Assembly (NCBI GenBank): GCA_016873775.1
Contig: VGWC01000002.1
Location: forward strand, 4,832-68,831
Origin: Ignavibacteria bacterium
GTDB lineage: Bacteria > Bacteroidota > Ignavibacteria > UBA10030 > F1-140-MAGs086
Length of the DNA stretch: 64,000 nucleotides
Direction of reading: 5' to 3'
Program-made: the position numbers and the translations under genes
The notes under the pieces: model-generated
Databases searched by the model: none
The model's input: the letters and a program-made list of their open reading frames with translations, nothing else
What the model was told of the DNA's origin: nothing
Part shown: positions 46,400 to 56,907 of the stretch, piece after piece
How the letters are laid out: every line of letters begins with the position of its first letter
Numbering within the stretch: the first letter of the stretch is position 1

Positions 46400-46945
46400 C
46401 TACTTCATTTTATGCTGTTTGTGTTTTTTTGTCTCGGCTTTTGGAATATATCCACGTGCTTCGTCGTATTTCGCAACTTGCTCCGCAGTTAAAATTTTTT
46501 TCGTTGCAACATGCGCGATGAGATGAATTGAACGAAGTTCGCCGTGTAGTATTCCTATTTCTTCCGTATTTGATTTCAATGTTTGTTCGTCAATTGAATT
46601 ACTTGCAAACAAACTATCCAATTCTTTTTCCTTCATAATAATTTTATTTCCAGCGCGAACTGCATTTTCACTCATCGTTTTGAAAATCGTTTGGATTGTG
46701 TTTTTCTGTTCATCGGTAATTTTCAAAACGTCGGCAATGTCGAAAACGTGTTTTGGTCCGGGGTAATGATTGAGTTCCGCCGCTTTCGCTAATCCCATTC
46801 CGTTTCCTTCTTTCAGATTTTGAATGTCTTCATCGGAAAGCGATTTAATAGAACGTTTTTCTTCGCCTACATATTTTGAATGTTTATGCTGCGTAAAAAG
46901 AAATGAGTTGAAGAGGACGAAACTTAAAAGAAAAAATGTCTTCAT
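46400..46945 (-). CDS. Periplasmic Spy/CpxP/ZraP-like (LTxxQ-motif) protein
   Basis: Signal peptide, two LTxEQ motifs (LKITDEQK and LTAEQV), and a helical, charged composition. Confidence 0.5.
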   Translation of the reverse strand: MKTFFLLSFVLFNSFLFTQHKHSKYVGEEKRSIKSLSDEDIQNLKEGNGMGLAKAAELNHYPGPKHVFDIADVLKITDEQKNTIQTIFKTMSENAVRAGNKIIMKEKELDSLFASNSIDEQTLKSNTEEIGILHGELRSIHLIAHVATKKILTAEQVAKYDEARGYIPKAETKKHKQHKMK

Positions 46946-47012
46946 AGAAAATAGTTTTTTGAAATTGAATTACAGTTTTCTAACGAAGAAATGAATGGAA
47001 AAGTTTCAAAAA

Positions 47013-48101
47013 TTATTTTCCCGATTCTGCTTTCAATTCTGCTGTTCGCTTTCGTTCGGCAATCGTCAAAAACCAAACTGCGACGAGAATGAAACCGAGT
47101 GATACCCAATCTTGCAACTTCGGGAATTTAGCGCCGAATATAATCGCTGAAAGGAGTGTGGCGGTTGTCCCTGCAACAAGTGATGTAAGTCGATTTACTA
47201 ATCCCGCAAACGTTGCCGTTCTGCCTTTGAACATAAACAGGAACACAGAAAAGAATGCGACGAGACCGAATGCTGTTCCACTCATCACCCCAAAACTCCA
47301 TAACGAATTTGCAACATCAAACGAATTTTTAAATAATATGACTTGGGGAACATCCCATCCAAATGATTGCGAACCAAAATAAACTAAAAATGAAATTGAA
47401 AGAATAAAAATGAATGCAAATATTTGTTCGATTCCAAAAAATCCGTGATTGTCAAGTGGAACTCCTTTCGCTCGTGTATTTTTGAAATAGTTCATTATAT
47501 AAATGCGAATCAAATACGCAATTATGTAACTCGATAAAATACCGACAGCGGCTGTATTATTGAGAAAATCGAAATCACCCGCTTGCACAAAAACTAAATT
47601 TACTCCCGCCGCAAGCAATGCAAACACCACTGCAAAATTTTCTTCTTTGTACACTTTCTTTTTTAAAATTCCTTGCGCAATTTGCACGGCATCAACGCTT
47701 CTACTGATAACGATTACGCTTGCTCGCATAATCACCATCGCAACCATTACTGACATTCCTTCAAACGTGTACATCAATGTTGTTGTCGGAATAACAATCG
47801 CCGTCATCAAACCGGAAGGAAGAATGTATTTTATTTCTTCAGGAAGAGAAAGTCCCGCAACAGAAATCATATTATTCGATTTCAATCTATACCAACGCAT
47901 CGCAATTACAATGCCAAGCGCAGTAATCATTCCGCCAATCGTGTTATACACCATATATTCGATTTGGTTGAAATGGAGTGAACTTGCGATGTGTTGGTCG
48001 GTAAAAAGTTTTGCGCTGATTCCCGTAATGACGTAAAAAATAAAATAGCCAACACAGAGTTGAATCAATCGCGCAGTACTTCCTTCTTCAGTTTTCCACA
48101 T
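47013..48101 (-). CDS. Hypothetical polytopic membrane protein (about 10 TM)
   Basis: Hydrophobic segments throughout and no recognisable motif. Confidence 0.45.
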   Translation of the reverse strand: MWKTEEGSTARLIQLCVGYFIFYVITGISAKLFTDQHIASSLHFNQIEYMVYNTIGGMITALGIVIAMRWYRLKSNNMISVAGLSLPEEIKYILPSGLMTAIVIPTTTLMYTFEGMSVMVAMVIMRASVIVISRSVDAVQIAQGILKKKVYKEENFAVVFALLAAGVNLVFVQAGDFDFLNNTAAVGILSSYIIAYLIRIYIMNYFKNTRAKGVPLDNHGFFGIEQIFAFIFILSISFLVYFGSQSFGWDVPQVILFKNSFDVANSLWSFGVMSGTAFGLVAFFSVFLFMFKGRTATFAGLVNRLTSLVAGTTATLLSAIIFGAKFPKLQDWVSLGFILVAVWFLTIAERKRTAELKAESGK

Positions 48102-48123
48102 AATTTTTATGTTGTTATTAAAG

Positions 48124-48217
48124 AAAATAGAACACTGATGAAACGGATTTGACCGATGTACACTGATTTTTTTTATCAGTGAAAATCTGTTTCATCAGTG
48201 TCATCTGTGTTCTATTT
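48124..48217. repeat. Inverted-repeat (MITE-like) element with a nested hairpin
   Basis: The left arm is aaaatagaacactgatgaaacggattt. The right arm is aaatctgtttcatcagtgtcatctgtgttctattt, with an internal 9-nt duplication. The central sub-hairpin is cactgat-T8-atcagtg. Confidence 0.65.
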
Positions 48218-48241
48218 ATTTTTGACATTTGAATTTTGAAA

Positions 48242-48952
48242 TTACTTTTTCATCGTCCAAAGTTTTGTAGTCGCTCGTTCTAATTCTTGTGCAATCAAAT
48301 TTTTGTCAAGCGTTTTTTCCGGTTCGTTTTCAAACACAGCGTACGGAACGTTGAATCCTTTCACTTCGATGTAATCCGGATTTTTTGCCGCTATTTTTTC
48401 CCAATCATTTATCTTGTAATAAAAATCCATTTTCTCATCGGGAAGCGAATGATACAAAATGGAATCTTCCATTCCGGGTTTTGCGCGGCGACGATTTTTT
48501 CTCACCGATTCTTCATACGAAACTTTGATGTAGAGCAATGTCGCGCGTTTCAAAATATCTTCGTGTAAATAATTCAACGCTTCGTTGATTCCGTTTTCTC
48601 CCCCGCGCGCAAACTCAATGAGTGTCGTCATTTTCTCGTGATAGTTTGGATTACGCGCAAGTTTTTTTCTGTATTCCAAATTGATGCGCTCGATGTATAA
48701 ATTCCAAATAAACCCATCTTTAAACCAATATTTTTCATCGCTCCAAACACGTGGCTTTTTATGTCGAGAAAGAATATCGTCTATCTCGAATGTTTCCCAA
48801 ACATACACGAAATCATCAAGTTCTTCAAAATCGGAAATGTGAAATTGCTGCAAACGTTCATCTGTATTTGTGTGTTTGAGAAAATCAATGACTTCGGATT
48901 TTCCAGCGGCTGGCCTTCCGGTAATAATGAGAATAGGAAAGTTGTTTTGCAC
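48242..48952 (-). CDS. P-loop kinase, PPK2-like (polyphosphate kinase 2 family-like); assignment uncertain
   Basis: ILIITGRPAAGKS is Walker A. The region LLYIKVSYEESVRKNRRRAKP resembles the PPK2 region FLHISKEEQ..R. Confidence 0.35.
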   Translation of the reverse strand: MQNNFPILIITGRPAAGKSEVIDFLKHTNTDERLQQFHISDFEELDDFVYVWETFEIDDILSRHKKPRVWSDEKYWFKDGFIWNLYIERINLEYRKKLARNPNYHEKMTTLIEFARGGENGINEALNYLHEDILKRATLLYIKVSYEESVRKNRRRAKPGMEDSILYHSLPDEKMDFYYKINDWEKIAAKNPDYIEVKGFNVPYAVFENEPEKTLDKNLIAQELERATTKLWTMKK

Positions 48953-48980
48953 AGTTATACGTAAATATTTTTAAAAGTCT

Positions 48981-50474
48981 TTATTTTACTTTTTCAATCC
49001 GTTGTTCAACTCCGGTTGAAATAGTTTTCATTTCACGGGCATATTTTACAATTTCTGAAAATACCATTGAGTTGGAATAGATTGGCTGTGAAATTTCTAT
49101 CCCGATATATCGTTTTGCTTCTCCGACAAAATAATCGCTCGCAGCGCAAATGTACATTTTAGTTTCATCCAATGGTTTTCCATTGATTGTACATTCAACA
49201 AATTCTATTCCATCGTTTTCTTTTTTCCATTTACATAAAATTCCTGACGTTTGAATCTGCGGTTTATCTTTAATATAATACCGAAGTACATCAGCAAGTT
49301 GCGCACCGCTTAACTGAAACGTCGTGAGAATATTTTGAAATGGAAGAACTTCAAACAATGTTTTTTTAGTTAATGGACCTTTCAATACATCTTTACGAAT
49401 ACCGTGATTGTTCATAAATCCAACATCCGCAAACGCCGCAATACGTTGCGCATCCGAAATAAAATTTCCGATTCCGCTTTCTCCATCACGACGACGCCAA
49501 TCAACCGTCAGTTCAGCAATCACTTCACTATAATCGTTTTCAATTTGCTGCTGCATTGAATCAATAAAGTTTGTGAGTGCATTTTGAGGACGGTCATCGC
49601 GCTTCCACATCGTAATCAGTTTTCCGTCGTATGAAGTTACTTTATCATTTTCAACAACAATTTCAAGTTCACCAAGATTTTCACAATTCGCTCCCGCTTG
49701 AACAATGATAACATCGTTTATGACTCTGGGTTTTGTCAATCGCGTATGCGAATGACCGCCGACAATCACATCCAAACCTTCAACATTTTCTGCCAAAAGC
49801 GAATCATCGTCAACACCTTCGTGGGTAAGAGCAATAAGCACATCGGTCTTCGCATCAATCTCGTCAATATATTTCTGCGCAGTTTCTACAGGCGAAAGAA
49901 CTTTTATACCTACAAGATTTTTCTGATTCACAAGATTATAGAGATACTGTGACATAATGCCGATAATTCCAATTCGTAATCCGTTTTTTTCAATGATGGT
50001 ATAAGGATGATGATTGAGAACAAACTTTCCATGCTCATTCACAACGTTTGCGGAAAGAACGGGAAACTGAACAATGCGTGTAATCCCTAATAAATTTTCC
50101 TGCGATGCGTCAAAATCGTGATTGCCAAAACTCCACGCATCATAGCCGATTTTATTCATCATTGCAAACAAAGCGCCTCCATATACATTTTCATATTTGT
50201 ATTCCGTAATTGGATTTCCCGTCATTACATCTCCGGCATCAAGCAATAACAACGGTTTTTCATTTCGAATACTATCAACAAGAAAATACAATTCTGAAAA
50301 ACCACCCACCATCGGCTTCGGGTCTTTTCTACTCCACGTCGCCTCATGCTGAACAAAACTTGCATGCATATCGTTCGTGTGTAAAATTGTAATGGTTTTC
50401 TGTTGCGAAAATAACTGTAAAGAAATTGGAAGTGGTAGAATTGCTACAAAAAAGAAACGCAAGAAATGATACAT
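48981..50474 (-). CDS. Bifunctional metallophosphatase/5'-nucleotidase (UshA-like), secreted
   Basis: Signal peptide. ILHTNDMHA, GNHDFD and GGHSH are metallophosphoesterase motifs. The C-terminal 5'-nucleotidase substrate-binding domain is present. Confidence 0.8.
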   Translation of the reverse strand: MYHFLRFFFVAILPLPISLQLFSQQKTITILHTNDMHASFVQHEATWSRKDPKPMVGGFSELYFLVDSIRNEKPLLLLDAGDVMTGNPITEYKYENVYGGALFAMMNKIGYDAWSFGNHDFDASQENLLGITRIVQFPVLSANVVNEHGKFVLNHHPYTIIEKNGLRIGIIGIMSQYLYNLVNQKNLVGIKVLSPVETAQKYIDEIDAKTDVLIALTHEGVDDDSLLAENVEGLDVIVGGHSHTRLTKPRVINDVIIVQAGANCENLGELEIVVENDKVTSYDGKLITMWKRDDRPQNALTNFIDSMQQQIENDYSEVIAELTVDWRRRDGESGIGNFISDAQRIAAFADVGFMNNHGIRKDVLKGPLTKKTLFEVLPFQNILTTFQLSGAQLADVLRYYIKDKPQIQTSGILCKWKKENDGIEFVECTINGKPLDETKMYICAASDYFVGEAKRYIGIEISQPIYSNSMVFSEIVKYAREMKTISTGVEQRIEKVK

Positions 50475-50484
50475 AAGAAAAACT

Positions 50485-51171
50485 TTAAAATGAATTGATT
50501 GGAAATTCTGGAAGAAACACTTGATACATTCCCCATAATAAAAAACCTATCGTCAACGGAATGGCAAGATTATCATCGAGAAAATCGAACGAAAACAATT
50601 CGGCAATCGCTCCGCCAATTGCTGCAATAAATGCGTATGCGTATTCAACAAATGAATATCGTACTTTGGGAGTAAGAAGAATCACTGCGAACGCTGAAAT
50701 GACAAATGCAATACTTCCTTCCCAACTTTTTTTCCCACCGGCAATTGAATTAAATTTATGTCTTCCAAATTTTCTTCCGAACAACGCCGAAGCCGTATCG
50801 GAAATAATGAGAATAAAAAAACTTGTGATTGCAATGAGTTTCGGAAAAAGAGCAACACACAATACCGCGGAAATAAGTACGTACGTTGCTCCTGTTAAAT
50901 TTTTTTTCTTATCTGTCGTTTCGTGTTCACGAAGAATGGATTGAAAAATTATATTGTAAAATTGAGAGAATGATGTATGATATAATCGCGCAATATCAAT
51001 AGCCAATGAGATAACAGCAAGAATAATTAGCAAGAAAAGCGTAGTTTCTTTCGAAAACCAAAACCAATAACTTATCGGTATTGTCAGCGAAATTAAATGA
51101 ATGAACTTCCGAACAAGTTCTTTCTTAAAATCTATTTCGCCGGAAATTGAACGAACGTTTTGATGGCTCAT
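50485..51171 (-). CDS. CTP_transf_1-family (CdsA/dolichol-kinase-like) membrane protein lacking the CdsA C-terminal signature
   Basis: GRKFGRHKF...GGKKSWEGSIAF parallels the CdsA core, but there is no PGHGGxLDRxDS motif. Compare the genuine cdsA at 59665-60468. Confidence 0.45.
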   Translation of the reverse strand: MSHQNVRSISGEIDFKKELVRKFIHLISLTIPISYWFWFSKETTLFLLIILAVISLAIDIARLYHTSFSQFYNIIFQSILREHETTDKKKNLTGATYVLISAVLCVALFPKLIAITSFFILIISDTASALFGRKFGRHKFNSIAGGKKSWEGSIAFVISAFAVILLTPKVRYSFVEYAYAFIAAIGGAIAELFSFDFLDDNLAIPLTIGFLLWGMYQVFLPEFPINSF

Positions 51172-53195
51172 TACTCAACTGATGAAACGGCATTCTCGAT
51201 TTCTTTTTCACCGCGCGGCGTAACAGAATCTCCATTTTTCGGAATCGGGGCAAGCGATTCCCCACGAATTATCATATCAATTTCTTCACCGTCAAGAATT
51301 TCCCGTTCAAGCAATGTATTGGCTAACGAATGAAGTTTTTCAACATTATCCCTTAAAATGCGTTCTGCTTTTACCATACATTGTTCAACAATCTGTTTTA
51401 CTTCTTCATCAATTTTCTGCTGCGTCAATTCGCTGAAGTTTTTTGTTTTCGTTACTTCTCTTCCCAAAAACAATTCTTCTTCTTTCGCTCCGTAGGCAAT
51501 TGGACCCAACGTCGAACTCATTCCCCATTCACAAATCATTTTCCTTGCAAGTTCAGTCGCACGTTCAATATCGTTTCCTGCTCCAGTTGTTAACTGATTG
51601 AAAATAAGAAATTCGGCGGCTCTTCCACCTAATGCGTACGTAATCATCGCTTCCAAATATTCTTTGGAATACGTGTGTTTTTCATCTATCGGAAGATATG
51701 TTGTAACGCCAAGAGCGCGACCGCGGGGAATTATCGTTACTTTATGAACAGGGTCTGCATCAGGAAGATGCTTTGCAACCAATACGTGACCGCTTTCATG
51801 ATACGACGTAACTTTCTTTTCTTTTTCGGAAATAATCAAACTTTTCCGCTCCGTTCCCATCATCACTTTATCTTTTGCTTCTTCAAAACAATGCATATCA
51901 ACCAAATCTTGATTTTTCCTTGCAGCAAGAAGCGCGGCTTCGTTCACTAAATTTGCGAGGTCTGCACCCGAAAGCCCAGGAGTTCCTTTTGCCAAAGTTT
52001 CCAACGTAACATTATCTGCAAGAGGAATACTTCGCGTATGAACTCTCAAAATTCCTTCGCGCCCTTTCACATCCGGACGGTCAACAACAACTTGTCTATC
52101 GAAGCGTCCAGGACGTAGCAAAGCCGGGTCAAGAACATCGGGACGATTCGTTGCTGCAACAACGATGATTCCGCTATTCTGTTCAAATCCATCCATCTCG
52201 ACAAGTAGTTGATTGAGCGTTTGTTCACGCTCATCGTGTCCTCCTCCAAGTCCTGCGCCGCGATGACGACCAACAGCGTCAATTTCATCAATAAAGATTA
52301 TACATGGTGCATTTTTCTTTCCCGTTTCAAATAAATCACGAACGCGGCTTGCGCCAACACCGACAAACATTTCGACAAAATCCGCTCCAGAAATTGAATA
52401 AAACGGAACTGATGCTTCGCCCGCAACGGCGCGCGCAAGTAATGTTTTTCCAGTTCCCGGTGAACCAAGAAGTAAAACACCCTTGGGAATTTTTCCGCCA
52501 AGTCGTTGAAATTTATCCGGCTCTCGCAGAAATTCTATGACTTCGCGTAATTCCTGTTTTGCTTCGTCTGCGCCGGCAACATCTTCAAACGTAACTTTGG
52601 CTGAATTCTCATTTAATATTCTCGCATTTATTTTTCCAAACGAAAATATTCCGCGTGGTCCGTTGATTCCACCTCCCTGCATTCTCCGCATAACAAATAA
52701 CCATACTACAAAAATCAATACCCACGGAAGCATGGAAACCAATGCATTCCACCACGAATAATCTTCTCGTATTATTTTATACTGAAATCCTGCTGCTTTC
52801 CATTTTTCGATGATTACATTATCTACAAAAGGAAGGACAAGATATACTCGTTTGTCTTGCGGGTCTTTTAAAACGGCGTGAAACTCGAAGTTATTAAAAT
52901 CTGATTTCTTCAATACTGCGGAAAGGATATTCTTTTCGTTCAAATACTGTTCGTACTCGGTATAGGGAATCTCCGTTTCCGCTTTGTCGCCGGGACGAAG
53001 CAATACCATTGTGAGGTACACAACGGCAATAATAATTGTCCAACTGAATATAACGCGTAATCCCTTTGACCAAGTAAAATCGTTATCGCCAATTTTTTGA
53101 GGAGGACGATTTTTTGGGCGAATAGGTTTTTGTCTGCGAGGAGGCGGTGATTTTCGTTCTGTTGATTTATTGCTTTTGATGTTCTTTTCTTCCAT
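51171..53195 (-). CDS. ftsH: ATP-dependent zinc metalloprotease FtsH
   Basis: [18 protein letters not shown] is Walker A, with DEID, the SRH, and the Zn site HESGHVL. The start is at Met 53195 (MEEKNIK) so that it does not overlap hpt. Confidence 0.9.
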   Translation of the reverse strand: MEEKNIKSNKSTERKSPPPRRQKPIRPKNRPPQKIGDNDFTWSKGLRVIFSWTIIIAVVYLTMVLLRPGDKAETEIPYTEYEQYLNEKNILSAVLKKSDFNNFEFHAVLKDPQDKRVYLVLPFVDNVIIEKWKAAGFQYKIIREDYSWWNALVSMLPWVLIFVVWLFVMRRMQGGGINGPRGIFSFGKINARILNENSAKVTFEDVAGADEAKQELREVIEFLREPDKFQRLGGKIPKGVLLLGSPGTGKTLLARAVAGEASVPFYSISGADFVEMFVGVGASRVRDLFETGKKNAPCIIFIDEIDAVGRHRGAGLGGGHDEREQTLNQLLVEMDGFEQNSGIIVVAATNRPDVLDPALLRPGRFDRQVVVDRPDVKGREGILRVHTRSIPLADNVTLETLAKGTPGLSGADLANLVNEAALLAARKNQDLVDMHCFEEAKDKVMMGTERKSLIISEKEKKVTSYHESGHVLVAKHLPDADPVHKVTIIPRGRALGVTTYLPIDEKHTYSKEYLEAMITYALGGRAAEFLIFNQLTTGAGNDIERATELARKMICEWGMSSTLGPIAYGAKEEELFLGREVTKTKNFSELTQQKIDEEVKQIVEQCMVKAERILRDNVEKLHSLANTLLEREILDGEEIDMIIRGESLAPIPKNGDSVTPRGEKEIENAVSSVE

Positions 53196-53205
53196 AAAAA
53201 ATTTT

Positions 53206-53772
53206 TTACTTTCTCCTTTCACTCTGCGACGAGAGATGATAGATTGCACGTAAGTTTCTGTATTGTTGTGTATAATCAAGTCCATATCCGATAACAAACT
53301 CATCGGAAATTTCAAAACCGACATAATCAATTTTCCGTTGTGCGTTGTTCTGGTTGTATTTTCTTTTTTTCAATAATAGCGAAGCAATGCGAACAGAAGA
53401 AGGATTTCGCGGTTCAATAAGTTTTTGTATAAAATTGATAGAGAGTCCTGTATCAACGATATCTTCAACAATAATGATATCCCGTCCGCCAAGATGCACA
53501 TCGAGGTCTTTTAGCATTTTTACACTTCCCGAACTGAATTTTTCTTCGCCATAACTGGAAAGTTTCAGAAAATCTATTTCGAGTTTGATGCTCACGCAAC
53601 GAATTAAATCGGATAAAAAAATTGCCGCGCCGTTTAAAACGCCGACAAATATTGGAATTGTTCCAATATAATCTTCGGAAATTTTTTTCCCTAATTCACG
53701 AACTCGCTGTTGAATTTGTTCTTCACTCAAGAGCAACATGAATGTTTCTCCGTTAATTTGAATTTCGTTCAT
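53206..53772 (-). CDS. hpt: Hypoxanthine phosphoribosyltransferase
   Basis: IIIVEDIVDTGLSI is the PRPP-binding motif, with the N-terminal Hpt fold. Confidence 0.9.
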   Translation of the reverse strand: MNEIQINGETFMLLLSEEQIQQRVRELGKKISEDYIGTIPIFVGVLNGAAIFLSDLIRCVSIKLEIDFLKLSSYGEEKFSSGSVKMLKDLDVHLGGRDIIIVEDIVDTGLSINFIQKLIEPRNPSSVRIASLLLKKRKYNQNNAQRKIDYVGFEISDEFVIGYGLDYTQQYRNLRAIYHLSSQSERRK

Positions 53773-55145
53773 TGATTATGCTTTAATTCAAAAAATTCTA
53801 ATTTGGCAACACGTGTTGTTACATCGGTAATCTTAAACCGTTCATCTAATCGTTTTCCACATATCCATACGATATTGCCGTCGGATACTAAAATCGGAAT
53901 AGCGTGTTTTTTGTGTATCGGAATTTTTTCGTCTGTAAAATAATCGCTTACTTTCTTTTTTCCTTTCAAACCTAATGGATAAAAATATTCTCCCTCGTTC
54001 CAAGTCCGAAGAAATAATTTGTTATTCAAAGTATCAGCATCTACGTATTCAACGCAGGCATTCTTTTGAAATGCGATTGAACGAATATCCGTTTCGCTCG
54101 ACAAGAAAACAAAATTCAAAAAACGATATTCCTTTCCTATTTCTACAGAAATATTTAACTCGTCATTTGTTTCTTCGCGGCTGAAGATTAATTTTCCTCT
54201 GTCATTCAATACCCGTACGTCGCTCGTCAAAACAAAACTGCTTCCCGTTTCTGCATCCAAAAATTTTACGAGATTTTCAACAAGCAAATATTTTACTTCC
54301 GTTCGACTAAAATTGCGGACAAAATTATAGAAAAAATATTGTTGGAGAAACTTCGCTTCCCGTTTCAGTAACGATATTTCAACAAATACTTCGCCGTGTT
54401 GTTGCAATTGAACTGCAGAATTTGATAACACTTCGTACTGCATTTGCAGATATTCTTCTAAATCATTAAATAATTTGCTTTCTCGAAATAATGTATGTTG
54501 AACGTTAGAATTAATTTCTTTTTCAATCAAAGGAACAAGTTGGTTGCGTACGATATTTCTCGTGTAATCGTTTGTAACGTTCGATGAATCCGTACAAAAC
54601 GCTACCGAATGTTTAACTGCATAATCGGTAATCGTTTTTCTGTTTACATACAGTATCGGGCGAATGATATTTTTTCGTATCAATGGAATTCCGCATAATC
54701 CGAGAACACCGCTTCCACGTAAAAAATTAAATAGTATTGTCTCTGCATTATCATCCAGCGTATGTCCTGTTGCAATTTTCTTGAACGACGTAGAGGTTGT
54801 GATTTCCTGAAAAAAATTATACCGTATTTTTCTCGCACGTTCTTGAATCGAATGCCGCTCGTTTTCTTTCAAAAAAACTTTCTTGCAAAAGAATGGAACA
54901 TTATTTTCCTCTGTCAATGAGCGAACAAAATTTTCTTCTTCATCTGATTCATTTCCTCGCAAACCATAATTACAATGGGCTACGGCAAGTTGCAAATCGT
55001 ACTCCTTGCGTAAAGCGAGAAAAAGATGGAAGAGAACTGTTGAATCAATTCCGCCGCTCATTGCGATTACGATGGTATCATTCTTTTCAACGAGAGCGTG
55101 TTCGAGAATTACCTCACGAACAATATCGAGAAGTGTACGATTCAT
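53769..55145 (-). CDS. tilS: tRNA(Ile)-lysidine synthetase
   Basis: IVIAMSGGIDSTVLFHLF is the PP-loop SGGxDS. The tilS-hpt-ftsH order is conserved. Confidence 0.9.
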   Translation of the reverse strand: MNRTLLDIVREVILEHALVEKNDTIVIAMSGGIDSTVLFHLFLALRKEYDLQLAVAHCNYGLRGNESDEEENFVRSLTEENNVPFFCKKVFLKENERHSIQERARKIRYNFFQEITTSTSFKKIATGHTLDDNAETILFNFLRGSGVLGLCGIPLIRKNIIRPILYVNRKTITDYAVKHSVAFCTDSSNVTNDYTRNIVRNQLVPLIEKEINSNVQHTLFRESKLFNDLEEYLQMQYEVLSNSAVQLQQHGEVFVEISLLKREAKFLQQYFFYNFVRNFSRTEVKYLLVENLVKFLDAETGSSFVLTSDVRVLNDRGKLIFSREETNDELNISVEIGKEYRFLNFVFLSSETDIRSIAFQKNACVEYVDADTLNNKLFLRTWNEGEYFYPLGLKGKKKVSDYFTDEKIPIHKKHAIPILVSDGNIVWICGKRLDERFKITDVTTRVAKLEFFELKHNQ

Positions 55146-55189
55146 TGAGGAACGTGTAAGTTGAATTTACGGTGAAACTTCCCCATCAG

Positions 55190-55263
55190 TAGCGGAGGAG
55201 GGAGTTGAACCCCCGACACACGGATTATGATTCCGTTGCTCTAACCAACTGAGCTACTCCGCC
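55190..55263 (-). tRNA. tRNA with CAT anticodon (elongator Met or lysidine-modified Ile2), directly upstream of tilS
   Basis: Manual cloverleaf GGCGGAG-TA-GCTC-AGTTGGTTA-GAGC-A-ACGGA-ATCATAA-TCCGT-GTGTC-GGGGG-TTCAACT-CCCTC-CTCCGCT-A. The anticodon stem lacks the initiator 3xGC feature. Confidence 0.75.
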
Positions 55264-55494
55264 ATTATTGAATAAAAATGCGGCAAAATATATCATTAAA
55301 AGAAGTGATAACAAAAGCGATGTTTGAAATTCGTAAAGACGAATTATTTCTGAACATTTCTTTTGTACGACACAAAGAATTTTTTTTGAAAAACACGTAA
55401 TGCATTCCTTAGCGCTACTTCAAAACACTTGAATATTTTTTTTCTACAAAAAAATTACTTTATTTTCACAAGAAAAAATGTTATACAATTATCA

Positions 55495-56907
55495 ATGAAC
55501 ACATCCTTTCAAAATTTTGAAGATGAAGAGCCGCCGCAGAAGAAGAAATCGCGTTTAGAACAAGAGTTCGAAAAACTGAAAGACCGGTTATCGCAGGAAG
55601 GAATAAATCTTTCAAGTGTTGAAGCATTGGAAGAAATTGCAAATTTTTATTTACAGCATCATCACTACACCGAAGCGCTACATTTTGCTGATGCAATTCT
55701 TGCAACAATGTCGTATAATGCAGAGGCGTGGTTGCGAAAAGGAATCATCCTGCATAGTCTTCGAAGATACAAGGAAGCATTTTCCTGTTATCAGCAAGCA
55801 TTAGAAATTGACCCGGCTGATCCGTACATATATGTGAATAAAGGCATTACGTTAGAAGTTATCAATCATCTCGATGAAGCGTTGGAACATTATAACATTG
55901 CCCTCTCGCTCGATGAAGAAAACAGTGAAGCGCTCATCAATAAAGCAATTATTCTTGAACGACTCGAACGATATTCCGAAGCGGAAGTGATTCTGCGCGA
56001 ATTTATTGAATCTCAACCGGAACACCGTGCCGCCTGGTACGAACTCGGTTATTGTTACGATTTAATGGATCGGTTTAACGATGCACTCCATTGTTACGAG
56101 CAACATCTCGACATTTCTCCATATGATTATGAAGCGTGGTATAACCGCGGCATACTCTTACAACGAATGGGGTTACATTCCAGAGCCATTGAGAGTTACG
56201 ATTTTTCACTTGCTATTTATGAACAGTTTTTTCCGGCGTACTATCACAAAGGAAATGCACTTGCAGCTATCGGAAGATTGCTTGATGCAATTGAATGTTA
56301 TCATCAAGCCATTTCATTAGAAAAAAATGATTTCGTTATCTGGCACAATTTAGCCAACGCATACGAAGAACTTGGACAAATGAAAGAAGCCATTCAGTCA
56401 TTTTCAAAAGCAATTCAGTTGAATCCTGAACATTGCGATTCGTATTTCGGAAGAGGAAGTTGTTACGAAACAATGGAAGAATACAGAAAAGCGCTAAGCG
56501 ATTACGACAAAGCGCTATCGTTAAAACCAAACGACGCAGAAATTTGGTACGCAAAAGCAGATGTGGAATTTCAGTTAGGTAAATGGCGCGAAGCAATTTC
56601 CAGTTTTTCTACAATGCTGCGAAACGACCCAACAAATTGTGAAGGATGGTATGATTATGGCGAAGTGCTATGCAGTTCCGGATTTTATCAAGAAGCGCTT
56701 AAAGCGTTCAATCAATGCATTTCTCTTGCTCCTGCTTGGGCAGAATCGTATTATGCAAAAGGGAAAGTCTTAACATTTTTAGGGAAAACATCAGAAGCAA
56801 TTGAGTCTCTCAAAACGTCATTCCAATTAGACCCAACAAAAAAAGAATTTTTTCTTCAGGATTTTTCACATCTAAAAGTACTTCTTCAACAGTTCTCTTC
56901 GAGTTAA
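55495..56907 (+). CDS. TPR-repeat protein
   Basis: About 12 tandem 34-aa repeats (W/Y-x-x-G...A-x-x-x-Y pattern). The start is chosen at MNTSFQ (55495) because 55429-55494 looks like promoter DNA. Confidence 0.7.
   Translation: MNTSFQNFEDEEPPQKKKSRLEQEFEKLKDRLSQEGINLSSVEALEEIANFYLQHHHYTEALHFADAILATMSYNAEAWLRKGIILHSLRRYKEAFSCYQQALEIDPADPYIYVNKGITLEVINHLDEALEHYNIALSLDEENSEALINKAIILERLERYSEAEVILREFIESQPEHRAAWYELGYCYDLMDRFNDALHCYEQHLDISPYDYEAWYNRGILLQRMGLHSRAIESYDFSLAIYEQFFPAYYHKGNALAAIGRLLDAIECYHQAISLEKNDFVIWHNLANAYEELGQMKEAIQSFSKAIQLNPEHCDSYFGRGSCYETMEEYRKALSDYDKALSLKPNDAEIWYAKADVEFQLGKWREAISSFSTMLRNDPTNCEGWYDYGEVLCSSGFYQEALKAFNQCISLAPAWAESYYAKGKVLTFLGKTSEAIESLKTSFQLDPTKKEFFLQDFSHLKVLLQQFSSS

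Noticed and set aside
55429-55494. Upstream Met (MNIFFLQKNYF...) for the TPR protein
   Set aside because: This segment is AT-rich with promoter-like TTG / TA-rich elements. The second Met (MNTSFQNF) begins the first TPR-containing region.
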